This document shows, piece after piece, positions 24,709 through 36,999 of a stretch of 64,000 nt of DNA; position 1 is the first letter of the stretch; each line of letters opens with the position of its first letter. A program made the translations under genes and the position numbers. This stretch comes from Moniliella sp. 'wahieum' (taxonomy: Eukaryota): contig RSEE01000051.1 in assembly GCA_003971905.1 (NCBI GenBank), positions 372,001 to 436,000 on the forward strand. The letters run 5' to 3'. The notes under the pieces were generated by a model. It saw nothing but the letters and a program-made list of their open reading frames with translations, was not told the DNA's origin and ran no database searches.

Positions 24709-27021
24709 ATGTCTGCTCCGCAGACGCGTGCGCGCGCCAAGCAGCCATCCATTCCCCACCTGCTCTGCCCAGCACCGCCCCCGACGTCGACCAACACGCT
24801 GTTTCCGGCCGCGTCTTGTCCGAATCTGGCTCTCCCTCCCGCACAACGTCGACATCCACCGCTCCTACTTCACCTCCCCCTGCACCTCTGGCATCTGCCT
24901 CAGTCGCTGCGCCTGCGCTGCGTGCTGCGCCTGTGCCTGCGTCCGCCTCGACCTCTACCTCGGCCTCTACCTCTTCCTTGCCTTCGTTTGCTGGTCCCGG
25001 CCCCCTTCCAGTACTGCACAAGGCAACGAAGGTGAGAAACTCACCAGCCATTCCCAGACCGCAACGGCGCAACCTGAAGTGACGTTGCTCCCTTGCCCAT
25101 TGTACCGCCGCCTCCACCTCTCCTGCCTCCTTCACACATTGACAATGGCACCAGCAGTTCTACTGGGAGTCAGAACAGCATCCGCAGCAGTCCCACCTCC
25201 AGCCAAGCTCATACTGATCCCTCTGCTTCGCAGAGTATGTCTCCCAAACCCTCTTCTGCTGACCTCGCCACTACCTCTGCCACCACGATGGCCCCCGCGA
25301 AGGCGCCTCCTTTTGCGGCCGGTGATACGCAGGATCAGAATAGCTCGGGACCCCGTCCACGTAAAACCGCTCGATCTCAAAAGCCTCCCCGCTGACGCTG
25401 GAAGAGATCACGGCGGCTCGGTACAAGGCGTACTCAACTGGGATTGCAAGTACCAAAACCCACGTGGGAGGGAACGGTGCGTTGGGTGGTGCGCACATGC
25501 CACCACTTACCATTGCGCTTCACAGTGCTTACCTCCAAGCGGCCAAAATGTTACCGGACTCGCTGGTGTTTACGGGGATGCTGCGGCAAGATACCAAGGC
25601 GGCCGAGCAAGCGCTGCGTGCCCGGGATTCCACGCGCATCACGGTCGATGGCAAGCCCATCAAAACGCGGCGCAGGACGTTGCCGCATGAAGCCTCAGTG
25701 CTCCTAGCCTTCTTACTGAGAACCAATTCCCTGCCTCCTTTGAGCGGGATGAGTTGTCAGCCATCACGGGGATGCGACCGCGGTATGTGTTCCCCTCCCG
25801 TGCCTGTTTCGGTACTTACCTCCTCGTCCTCTTAGAGCGGTAACCATCTGGTTCCAGAACCGCAGACAGACTGAGAAAAAACGTCAAAATGGGGAAGGAT
25901 CCGGGGACGAGGAGCCAGTCCCCGCCGCACCACCTGTTCGCACGACTGTTCAAGAGACCGATGACCGACCAACACCCTATTCCTATCCATCTATTCCATC
26001 TGTTCGTATGATCCCAGGCGCGTATCCTCCCCAACGTACTGGATATCCCCCCGCACCCCACTACCCCCCCTAGCCTACCTTACCCGCCTACGTATTACAT
26101 TCCGCCGCCTTTGTCCGTTGAGCCCCCTCTGCCGATGGGGTACCCACAAGAGCTGGGGGAGGAAGAGGAGGAGGAGGAAGGGAGTCACTTGGCATGGGAG
26201 TCCTCAGTCCCTCCCCCACTCGATTGGTCTGTGAAACACCCTGCCTGGGGTCCTTCCGGGCAACCCTGGACTGGACAATCGGCTGTCCATGGCAATAATC
26301 CCAGTGTTTGGGTACCAGTTCGCGCCCCCCTGTCTCCCTTCCCCAAGGCTCTGTTCCTTCGCTGCTCGGCTGGCTGGACCCACATCGGCACCCTCGCTCC
26401 ACGCTTCGCACCAAGCTGATGTTTCCGGAACCCAAGGGACTGGGAGATTAAGTTCCACCGTGCTGCGGCTCGACAATCTCCTTCGTTGCGCTCGACAGCG
26501 GAGACTTCTCCTGCTATACACACGAGGGGGGCTAAGGACAGCCGTGTACGTACACTGAGAGCACCCAATACGGATGCACCGGCGGTACAGGGTGCGCGTT
26601 CGGTCCGGGCTTTAGCTTTGCCACGCTCAGGAGAGATAGTCTGTCTTCGTCCTCTCCTGAGGAAGAGGAAGTGAACAACCACGCTCTTCTGTTGACTCAA
26701 ATGCACAGTTCCTCTCTGGATCCGATCCACCTGCCTCCTCCAAGCCACCTCCGCCTGAATACCAAGACGAAACCCATTCGTCCTCAGCGGGCGAGACGGC
26801 GCGCAAACGGCCCCGAACAAGCACAGCGATGCGCAAGACGGCACCTGTCCTGAATGCGCCAGGACCGTCAGCTGGGAGAGAGGCGTTGGAGGCACTGGCA
26901 GCGGCGTCGGCTGCGTGTTGATACCAGGCCAGATCGGTTGGGCAGGCTTACTGCCTCGTCGTCGGCGGAAATGTCGGCGGTGGAAGGCTTGCTCTGGATT
27001 TCGCAGCGGCAACCTACGTGA
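24709..27021 (+). CDS. Homeodomain transcription factor (WFQNRR type, Yox1-like); intron 25783-25835; frameshifted
   Basis: After splicing and one frameshift: KTRRRTLPHEASVLLAF-TENQFPASFERDELSAITGMRPR|AVTIWFQNRRQTEKKRQ. Long Ser/Pro-rich flanks. Start and stop are inferred. Confidence 0.82.
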
Positions 27022-27549
27022 CGTGAACCTTGAAGCTTGAACCTTGCATCTTGCATCTTGATGTATCATCGCGTCATTATTATGGCGTGAAGGGAGAGCT
27101 TGCCTCGGGTAGAATCTTTGTTTCGTTCGTATACACCGCACTTATCAACCAGCCCCAGCCGATCGAGGGCACATCGTTCACCCCCATCTCAAGTGGACCA
27201 TACATTCCCTCGTCCTTCTCGTTCCCCCCGACAGAGGTATCCAACAAGTCTTAGCTTTCTTTTGTATTGCTCCTCTGCTTCCGTGTGTTGTCACTAGTAC
27301 TAGTCACTAGTCACTGGCTTTCCCTTGTACCCTCCATCGCGCGCGTTGATGGACGCTGAAAATCAAAAGGGCTGTAGGCCTCCGCATCTTGTTTTTTTTT
27401 TTCCCTTGGTATTCGGCAGGGTTAGCGGGGTGTGGTGCTTACCACTCGTCGAGGCAAGTTGAAGTGAGAAATGGGAGGCGATATGGGAGAAAACGTGTTC
27501 CGTGCCCTGGCTGTCCCTTGATCGTTAGTATATTCAGTACTCACTTGAG

Positions 27550-28515
27550 CTACTGGTTACCTACGGTGCTAGCTGAGACGTTGACATAAAGTGTCAAGCT
27601 GGGCTCTGACGAAGTGAGCGCGTCTGAGATCTGAGAGGCCTTGCACAGCAACCCACCGAGCACAATTGGCTTTCCACCATCCCATCGCCCCGTACCTCCA
27701 GCTCTCACAAGCAGGTCCAGGTTGGACTCCAGCAAGTGTGGTGTCATGTCCTCGCTGGAGCACATCATGGTTTGCACCTGCATAGGCCAAGTTTAGTGCG
27801 TTGCATGAGGCAGTGCGGGAACCCATTCTCGAGCTCGTGCGCTCCATCCCCGATACACACGTCCACAACGAACTACCGTGGAGGAAGAGGATGGGACAAG
27901 GCGCGGGCGGAGAGCACAGCGCACCGACTATGTGATGGGGCCTGGAGCAATCGGAGGATGTGGAACGAACGTGGACCACACGGTACGCGACCGACGGGAT
28001 CGGCCAGGGGCGCAGAGCGCGTACCGGAGGGTGGTGCACGAGGCACCGCGACGCCCTTGGAACCCAGGAGCTGCTTCGGCTGTGGGAAAAAAGCAGAATG
28101 CGACAGGAACGTGGCAAGCACCAAGGACGCACTCATGAAGAGTCGTTTTTCCCCCCTGGTTTTGACGACGCGAGGAGATACTACGGCACCAAGACAGCGG
28201 GCAAGATGTTGTTGCGCACATTGGATGGATTTGGCTGTACTAAGTCTCAATGGAAATGGTTCCTCGCTCGGATGTCTGAACCATTCATCCGTGTCCATAC
28301 GCGCTTCCTAGGGTACGGGACCGGATGGCGAGAACCAGAGGGCCTGATATCCTCAGTGGCGACCCCCCTGGCTCTTTAACGTTTAACCTTGCTGCGCTTC
28401 CAAGTAACCCCCGCAAGATGAACGGTTCGGTTTGGGCGTAGCTTTCCCGTCCCAGCCTTAAGCTTAGGCTTGTCAATGATAGTCGATAGGGATGCAGAGT
28501 AGAGATGAGCGCTCA
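27550..28515 (-). CDS. Hypothetical protein (fragmented ORFs, no family recognised)
   Basis: A chain of overlapping minus-strand ORFs (MSAHLYSASLSTIIDKPK..., MDTDEWFRHPSEEPFPLRL..., ...LLESNLDLLVRAGG...) fills the gap between the homeodomain gene and ERG3. Confidence 0.35.
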
Positions 28516-29311
28516 TCAGCGCCATCAGCTGAGGGTGCGCTGAGGCGCGAGGCGCGGGAACAAGTAACCGGTTATAACTGCTGCAACCTGGAACACGGCT
28601 GTAACTGTAACCGTCGATAATCGATAACGCGGAGGAACAAAACGCGGGGGTTGCGGTCACGGTCAGGCATCATGCATGGACCACTGGGCCACTGGGTCAC
28701 TAGGTCACCGGTCACTTGCACTGGGCCTCGCTGGGAACTAGTGGCGGCAGCAGAGCACTGGGACGATACTGGGCTACTGATGCGAATCGCAGATCATCGA
28801 TGACTGATCACTGATCGGAACTGACCAGCGCAAGGCCGACTGGCGTGCGCTGAGCCTGGGGGAACCCGGGGAACCACAATGAGCCCATCGCGTGCATGCA
28901 TGCAGTTAGGATCCTGCGCTCACCCTAAGGCCCAGCCAGGAGGCGTGATGCATCGCATCTGCGCTAGGGTTGGCGCCACAGCGCCAGTGCGGCTTCACCG
29001 GTCACCGGCTTCACCCGGCTCAACATCCTCACCGCTGACGCTGATCTGATCCGACGCTGTTGTGTTTTGGCGGCAGACCGCCTCACCGTCACCAGCACCA
29101 GTCACCAGTCACCGGTCCCGGTCCCCGCGGCCAGCGCTGGCTAATTTGTTCCCACAACCAGCAGCCCCCAACCAACCAACGCGCTCGCCTCCACCCTGCT
29201 CCTGGCCGTGGACGCGTCCCGCGTCCTTTCGCCCACCAGTCACCGCCTCGTCTTCGTTGCCTGGGCGGTCGTCCATGCAGCACCATCCCACTTTCTTTCC
29301 ACCGCTGCTGC

Positions 29312-30394
29312 ATGGACGTTGTCCTTGACGTGCCGACGAGTACGCTCTCGACTCGGTCTGGGCTTGGCTCTGACCTGCTTCGCCCAAGTCGCCTGTATCC
29401 AAGCACAACGTTGCTCAAGTCGTTTGTGCAAGATGCCAGACCCAGGCAGCTCTGTCCTTGTCTCCGCCGTGGCCAATGGCACGTCGCTCCTCGCTCGGGC
29501 CGAAACCACGCCCAAGGTGCTTGACAGCGCTTGGATTGGGCCCGTTTGTCAGGCCTCAGCGCTCTGCCGCGTTCCAACCTAGTTCGCCAATTTGTCTCGC
29601 TTTCACCATACCTACATCGGCATCCTGTTGCTCTACTTTAGCATGGCTGGTGCGAGCTACCGCTGGATTTACAACAAAGACATGATGCGCCATCCCGCTT
29701 CCTGGCCAACCAGGTCAAGAAGGAAATCAATGCTCACTTGCCGCATTCCCTGTCCTGGATCTTCTAACGGTACCTTGGTTCGGGGTGAGGTGAACGGCTG
29801 CTCGAAAATGTACGCCTCTATCAGCGAGGGTCCTTGGGCCAGTAAGCCTTGGGGTCTAGGAGGGTGGACGTACATTTTCTTCTCCATCGGGTGGTTCCTT
29901 GTCTTACCGACTTTTGCATCTATTGGGTGCATCGCCTGGAACATCATCCCTTGCTTTATAAGCACGTGCACAAACCCCACCACAAGTGGATTGTGCCGAC
30001 GCCCTTTGCTTCGCATGCGTTCCACCCTCTAGATGGGTACGCCCAATCGCTCCCCTACCACATTTTCGTCTACCTCTTCCCACTGCACAAACTGCTCTAC
30101 ATTGGTCTGTTTGGCTTTGTCAACATGTGGAGCATCCTCATCCACGACAGTGACATGATCACCAACACGCCCTTTGAAAAGGTCATCAATGGTCCTGCCC
30201 ACCACACTCTTCATCTACTTCACAGTCAACTATGGTCAGTACTTTACTGGCTTTGACCGTCTTGGCGGCTCCTACCGCAGCCGATGGAGAAGGACGACCC
30301 ATTGCTTGAGGTGGCCAAGTCCAAGTTCCGCCCGGCCCCAATTGCGGATGGCGCCGCAGACTCTAAGGTCGATAAGGGGGAGAAGCAAGAGTGA
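29312..30394 (+). CDS. ERG3: C-5 sterol desaturase
   Basis: MDVVLDV start. His boxes HRLEH, HKPHHKW and HTLH(H); [39 protein letters not shown]. Confidence 0.95.
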
Positions 30395-30581
30395 TTGGCG
30401 ATTGCGCTCGTCTCCTCGATTCCCCCCGAGTTGGTACAGCATGTGCGCTTGTCGTAGCAAGATACGTACCAGTTATTCTGGATCCCAAGTGTACCCCATG
30501 TGCTTGCTTATGATTTCTGCTTGTTCTCTTTGCACTGTCTTTCTCTCCGCATCACCCGTCTTAGCCAGGCGCATCGAAGGA

Positions 30582-32971
30582 CTATTCTGCTACACTCCCA
30601 TGCCCATCATTCGTCTGGGCCCCCGTGACAAAATTGTTCATAGGAAGATGGAGGATGGGCGGTGTGATGGTCGTCGCGAAGCATACCGACTCTGGCATTT
30701 CGATTAGGGGGGAGCGACAAGGCAGTCCAGTAAGATACGGGGTACTGCGTGAGAGGGGAACGAGACGACGTTCTTGGTGGCGCGGAGGGTGCCAGCGTGC
30801 GCAGTCAACACCGCCACAGTTTGTTGGTAAAGACAGGTATCGAAGCCCACCAACCCCCACCTTGAAGAGGCTGGAAGGAGGAAGCTGGCGTGGAGAGCGT
30901 GAGCGGCCAAAGGAGAGCAGAGACCGAACTGGTCAAGTGTAGACTACGGACCGATGGTTGTATTGTCCCAGCGGAGCATGAGGCCAAGGAAACCTTGGAA
31001 GAGTCGAGGACCCAGCAACTTGTTCTTTCACCAGTCGACTGTCCTCAGAACCCAGCATCGACCTGGCTGGAACATACGGACAGAATCGCCGCCTCGGCTT
31101 CCCACCTGCTCCACTCATGAGATGGGGACCGCTGGGCCAGGTCCCGCATGGCCAAGGAAACGACGCCAGCCATGAACACCACCGGAGGTGGAACGCTTTG
31201 GCGAACATCTCCTCGTGAACCGGTAAGGGGCCCTTCCTCCCCTAGCAGCCGATATAGGGATGCGGGCATCTGTAGCATCCTGCAAAAAAGCTTTGACGTA
31301 GTGGTTCGGGAAGCAGGGCTGGGTGGGACCACTCTTTCTGTGCCGAAAATGGAAATTCGTCCCCAAGCAAATCGGATACCATGGGTGTGCTGCATGCGTA
31401 CCACCATGGGGTGGCAACCCAGTGTCGTGCCGGAATCAACGGTTTCAGAGATCAGCTTCGCCTCGGTGCCATCGTCTGGCAGCACTAGCCGCGACGATTC
31501 GGAACCACACGCGGCAAACATGACTGCTATGCACCAGTTGTAAAGATCCTTCGTCGCCCCGTCGGCCACCGAGGGCATCGCATCGTCAACGAAACAGTAC
31601 ATGGGGGGGAGAGAGCGTCCCTGGCCAGCTAGGGCCAAGAGCATGGATGGAAATTCACCCACACGGTATGCCTCCCCATACTGCTTTACCACTTGGGGGT
31701 GAACTTGGGGGATCCTAAGACTGCTCTCCGCCTCTGTCTTGGTCAACGTCGCTCTGTCGGATGCGGATATAAAGAGCCTTGCGATCGCAGGATCCACCTC
31801 GTCGTTCAGGTATGTGAGCAAAGAGGTACGAATACCTGGCCAAAGACGGTCAAACTTGCTCTTCAAGGGAGTAGAGAGGGTAGGAATGGCAGGGAGTACC
31901 TTGCTTCCCCGACCTCGGTTAGACATGAGGATGAGTTTGGCTAGAACCGAAGCAGTCAGCTCTTGGAGCGCCTCCTTCGTGCTGTCCCCTTTCGACGAAA
32001 CCACGTTCAAACGGCGCGACTCGTCCTGATCAACACCAGCAACGCCGTGATAAGTTGGTCGAACTTGTTCCCGAGCGTGTGCAGTAAGGTCTTGTACTCA
32101 TCCGACGCAAAGTCGTTTTCGGTCAAAGCAGCCACGACAGGAAGCACAGCCATAGGGAGTGACCATATTTGGGCCAGACGAGAAGGATCGTACACAGTGA
32201 GCTGGAGCATCGAAAAACGAGATTGACGATCATCAGCTCCCATCCCGAACCTCATTTTGTTCTGGACGGCATCGGAGCCGAGGTGCACGCTAACGTCGAA
32301 CCAGGCATCAACAGGGATTTGTTCTTCCGGCTGGTTTGGTGAGGCGGCAAAGGTGACCATTTGTTTCAGTGGGGCAAATTTACACCCCCCTTCGTGCGCT
32401 TGGAGAAGAAAAAGTCAGAGTCGTTGGTCAAGACAATACCTTGACGTTGGCGGGCCACACTAGCAGCCAGTCCATCCGCCTCGCCCAACGAGTAAATCAT
32501 TTCCGCCCCTTTGGAGTTCAAAAGCGACCTGACGAAAGGAATAATGGGGGGGCAAAAGAGGCGGCAGCCTCGGACGAGGCCTATTCTCCTCTTCGGACAA
32601 CAACATCTGAGCCATATACCGGCGCGCTTGAGCTGTACACCCGGCAGTCCGCTCGCTCCTAGTAGCCGCTTTGTGCGCGGGGGATGGCCCATCGGCAACG
32701 AATACGGGATGGAGTTGACAGACGTGACACAGGTGCAGAAAACGAGTGACAAACAAGTCCAGTTCGGCGGAGCCAACGCCCCAAACAGGACTGCGGCGGA
32801 GGAGGGTGAGGTAGAGGGTCCAGACCCAACCAGACAGGTCGATCACCAGGACGATGGACTGCGTGTCGGCACGTGAGGCCGTAGTGGTGTCCGCCGCAGG
32901 AAAGAGGCGGTCCTGACCAACGAAGCGCGACAGTTTGTGAGAGACATGGCGGGTCAGTCCCGAGATGCCAT
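30582..32971 (-). CDS. Asteroid/XPG-I-like PIN-fold nuclease-family protein; frameshifted, 3' end uncertain
   Basis: (M)GISGLTRHV, LVIDLSGW, PVFVADGPSPAHKAATRSER, GEADGLAASVARQRQGIVLTNDSDFFF. These are FEN1/XPG-type acidic active-site motifs in Asteroid-family spacing. Confidence 0.75.
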
Positions 32972-33209
32972 CTGCCTGCTCCTGGGCCTGTTGGAATGGT
33001 GGTGGTGCACAGCAAAACGCACGACACAAAAACCGCAGCGGACCTGCAAGATGCCAGCGGGGTAAATGCATATGCTGCTCGGCGAGCACTAGGGTTGCTC
33101 GTGACACCGGTAGGGTTAGGTCGTCTACGCGCCTCCGTTTTCGTCGCGTCTGGAATCTGGGCTGGCGGGATCCGACCATCACGTACCCACGTTAGTCTTC
33201 TTGGTCATC

Positions 33210-34728
33210 ATGCCCGTCATTGGCGCTGCCGAGAGCGTGTCAGCCATCATTGTTGACGGAGGATCGTCTTCGGTTCGCATCGGCTGGGCTGGCGAGGACG
33301 CTCCCCGTTGTGTGTTGCCCAACGAGTATGGCTACCATCCCGACCCCGCCGATGGCGTCCCCTCGCCCGCCTCGCCTGCACCACCTGAGCCCGACGCGAT
33401 GGAGGTGGACAGCGCAGTCCCCGCACCTCATTCCAACGGGACTTCCGAAAGGAGCCCACAGCAGGAGCGCGCGCACAACTTTGAAGCCAAGCTTCACACG
33501 GAACAGCGCCGGCGATATGTGGGCTGGGCAGGCGCTAACACCTACCGTCCCGATATGGAGATTGGCACGTCGTTTGGATCCGACGGCCTCCTTGCCTCTG
33601 CCGCGTCGCTTCTCGCCCAACTCGAATATGGCATTGACACATTTCTTGATGCTGACGCGTCTCAGCACCCGCTCCTCTTCACCGAGCCTACTTGGAATTC
33701 GAAGGAAGCGCGAGAGAGTCTAACCGAGTTGGCGTTCGAGGGTCTGAACGTTCCTGGATTCTACATTGCCAATCAACCCGTCATGAGCTCGTATGTGCTT
33801 CGGTTCCTACCTCTACGTTGTCATTATTTGGCTGACATTTTGGTGCTGCAACCAGATTTACGGCGAGCAAGGCCTCAGCGCTTGTGGTGGACGTTGGCAG
33901 AAACACCATGTCGGTAACCCCGGTCATTGGAGGATTCGCCATCAAGAAGGGAATCGCTAGGCAATCATTAGGTGGAGCACAAGTCAACCGGGCTCTGGAG
34001 CACTTGATTCTTAACCCTCCACCTCAAGCTGTGCGGTTGAACCAACTTGATCCTGAAACGGGCATTCCCCGCGTACCTGGTTCAGACCAAGACCATTGTC
34101 GAACAGGGCGCAGCGGCGCACGTTTGGTTACACCAAGACCGACTAAAGCACTCGACAGCGTCGTTCAAGCAGTACCAAACCGATCGAGTGCTCGACGAAT
34201 TCAAATTTGCCTGTGGGCAGGTATTGGAAAGCCAGTGGGACACCACAACCGCTTTGCAGCGTCCCAATCGAGCTTTTGAGTTCCCGATGGCTCGTCGACG
34301 TGTTTGGTATTGAGAGGCTCCAAGGTCCCGAAATTCTCTTCGCACCGCACCTTGGCAGGGCGTCCCTCGTTTTGCCCGAAAGTCCCAGCCCCTGCTCGGT
34401 CTCGGCCAGCTTGTCCTCAAGTCCATCATGGCGGTTGACGTGGACCAACGGGCATCCATGTTTGGCAACATCGTGTTGGTGGTGGCACTACTGCTTTGCC
34501 CGGTTTTGGGGACGGCTCGCGTCCGAAATCAACCTCCAAGCTACCCTCAGTGGCATTGGCATGCCCCGCGTCAAGATCCACAATGCGTCGCAAAGTGCCG
34601 AGCGTCGGTACGCTGCCTGGTTGGGTGGAAGTATCCTGGCTACTATGGACTCGTTCAATGGTCTGTGGATCAGCCGGGAGGAGTACGACGAGCACGGTGC
34701 CAGCGTCGTACACACACGATGCAAGTAG
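33210..34728 (+). CDS. ARP4: Nuclear actin-related protein 4; intron 33791-33855
   Basis: VSAIIVDGGSSSVRIGWAGEDAPR, HPLLFTEPTWNSKEARESLTELAFE, ERRYAAWLGGSILATMDSFNGLWISREEYDEHG..RCK. Confidence 0.85.
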
Positions 34729-34857
34729 CCCAGTGTTGGTTGGTGCACTTCGACCTACTTAGTAATTGCTATGCGAAAACTGTCCAGTCTTGCCTACAAG
34801 CACTTGCCACGTAGAGACAGAACCATTAGTATGGAGTGTACAGATCAGAGAAGCACA

Positions 34858-36558
34858 CTAGGCGGCCATGCCCTCGGGTGCGCCACCCATATCCTGAACT
34901 GCTGGCTGTCCTCCCTTCCACCGCCAGGCCGGCGGGCCGAGACGACATCATCAACGCGCAGGAGCAGCGATGCCGACTCAATGGCTGTTTGAGTGTCTGG
35001 ATCTTGACCGCAGCCGACTCATACAAGCCATATTCCTTCATGTCAACAATTTTGCCGTGTCACCGTCGATGCCGATGGAAGACTGGCCATTGGCGTGCTT
35101 GGCCCGCAGCTCGGTCAAGACCCGCAATGCGTTGCCGCCACAGTTCTGGGTGAGAGTACGGGGGATGACTCCATGGCCCCAGCCACGGCCTGAATCGGGC
35201 CTTCCTCCACTCCACCCACGGATCGAGCAAACTGCCGAGGCCCACGCTGACCGCCATCTCGGTCGCACCACCACCGGGGCCAGGGCAGGATTGAAGACCA
35301 CATTACGGGCGACACTCATGGCATCGGCCAGGTTGCGGTCCACCTCGTTGAGAATGTCCTTGCTGGGCCCACGAAGGAGAATGGTGCAAGCCTTGGGCTC
35401 GCGGCACTTCTCCAAGTAAGTGAGAGTACTCATCTCCCAACTTCTCAATGTGGAACAAGCCGCACTTGGTCCCCACATCGCTGTCCCTCAGGTCTTCAAT
35501 CCGGTTACAATGGTCGCGCCCGTTGCGCGTGCAATGCGGTTATTGTCCGACTTGCGCACGCGACAAGGCAGTAATGCCTGCCTTCATGAAGAAGTGGGCA
35601 GGTCCGAAACACCCTTCTCAGTGATGATCAGATCCGGCTTGAAAGCAATCAGCTTATCAGCCATACTCTGATCTGTTCCTCCTCGATCTGGAGAATCTTT
35701 TCCCAGTCCGATTCCTTGGTAATCTCAATGTTGGTTTGACTCTCGCCCTTCTTGTACTCCAGTGCACAGTCCAAGAGGATGATCCGCGGGTTCTCAATCC
35801 GCCTGCGCATCTTGGGGTGGGTAACATCCTTGTTGATCAACCCATCCAGCACGCGCGACTCCTCAATCTCTCCACCGGGGACCTTCTCAACGCGAGCGTA
35901 GCGTTTAATATCGACTGTCACCCGCGCCGCTCGTGTGTCGGATACTGTGCGAACCGCCTTGAGAGCCAGGTTGCACATCAGATCCGACCACCGGTTGACA
36001 AACTTGGTCCCAATCGACGTCTTGATGAGTGCCAGCATCTCCTTGTCGTCGTCGACTTTGACCGGAACCGAAATGGAGTCAATGATGCGAAGTGCCTCTG
36101 CGAGCGCCTTCTTGTAAGCCGAGATGATGACAACCGGATGAAGGCCGCGCTCCAAATGAGGCAAGGATTGAGCCAAACCTCTCAGCTAGAAATAGATATG
36201 TCGAGTCAGCAATCAAAGGAAGGTACGTGGAGGGAAGGCAAGGACGGGGTTCGTACCGAGAATGATGACTGAGGTGGTGCCGTCGCCTACCTCTTCGTCT
36301 TGGGTCCTGCTGAGCTCAATCATGCTCTTGGCAGCGGGAGGGCAACCTCAATTTCGCGAAGAATGGCGTTGCCGTCGTTGGTGAGCAAGATCCCGCCCAT
36401 AGGATCAAGAATCATCTTGAGCATGGCCTTGGGGCCAAGGCAGGTACGGATCACGTCGGCAACCGTCTTTGCAGCTTGGATGTTGCTGATCTGGGCCTTG
36501 CGTCCATGCTGCCGCTCGGGACCCGTTTCATTACGAACACCTGCTGCTGGCCAGACAT
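34858..36558 (-). CDS. CCT3: Chaperonin CCT/TRiC gamma subunit; intron 36186-36256
   Basis: [93 protein letters not shown]. Confidence 0.96.
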
Positions 36559-36999
36559 ATTGGCGAGTAGGGGTTGGGGGTTGAGCGGGGGGGTGGTGGA
36601 GGAAGGGCGTGTTGGTCGTCGGTTGGGGGGGGGACATGTTTGTGGTCGGGGGCCATGCACCGCACACTGGCGCCGTGCTGCGTCGGAAGAACGCATTCCG
36701 CCTTGCTCCGCGCTCCGCTCGGCCACCGGCGCAATTGAAACTTTCGAGGCGCTTCGACTCATCTGTCGCACCAAACGCGACGCGCGTAGCCGCACGGCAG
36801 TCCGGGCCTGGATCGCGAGGCTATCTGCATTCGGCAGCACCCATCACTCGGGCCGCTCTACCTGATCAACACCACAATAGCCAGTACACACCACAGAACA
36901 CGCAACTGAGTGTTATGAGGAAGAACAAACGATGTCGATTGCTTTATTTCGAGGCGCCAGATCGGCTTGGATTTCGGTACTTCGCCACCCTCCCGGCGC

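Noticed and set aside
24709..27021. Mating-type b/HD locus
   Set aside because: No divergently transcribed HD1 gene is adjacent (the upstream gene is a same-strand RRM protein), and the domain looks more Yox1-like.
33111..33120. CCTAACCCTA as a telomerase RNA template
   Set aside because: It lies in a ~240-bp divergent promoter with no visible pseudoknot or room for a TER. A telobox is the simpler explanation.
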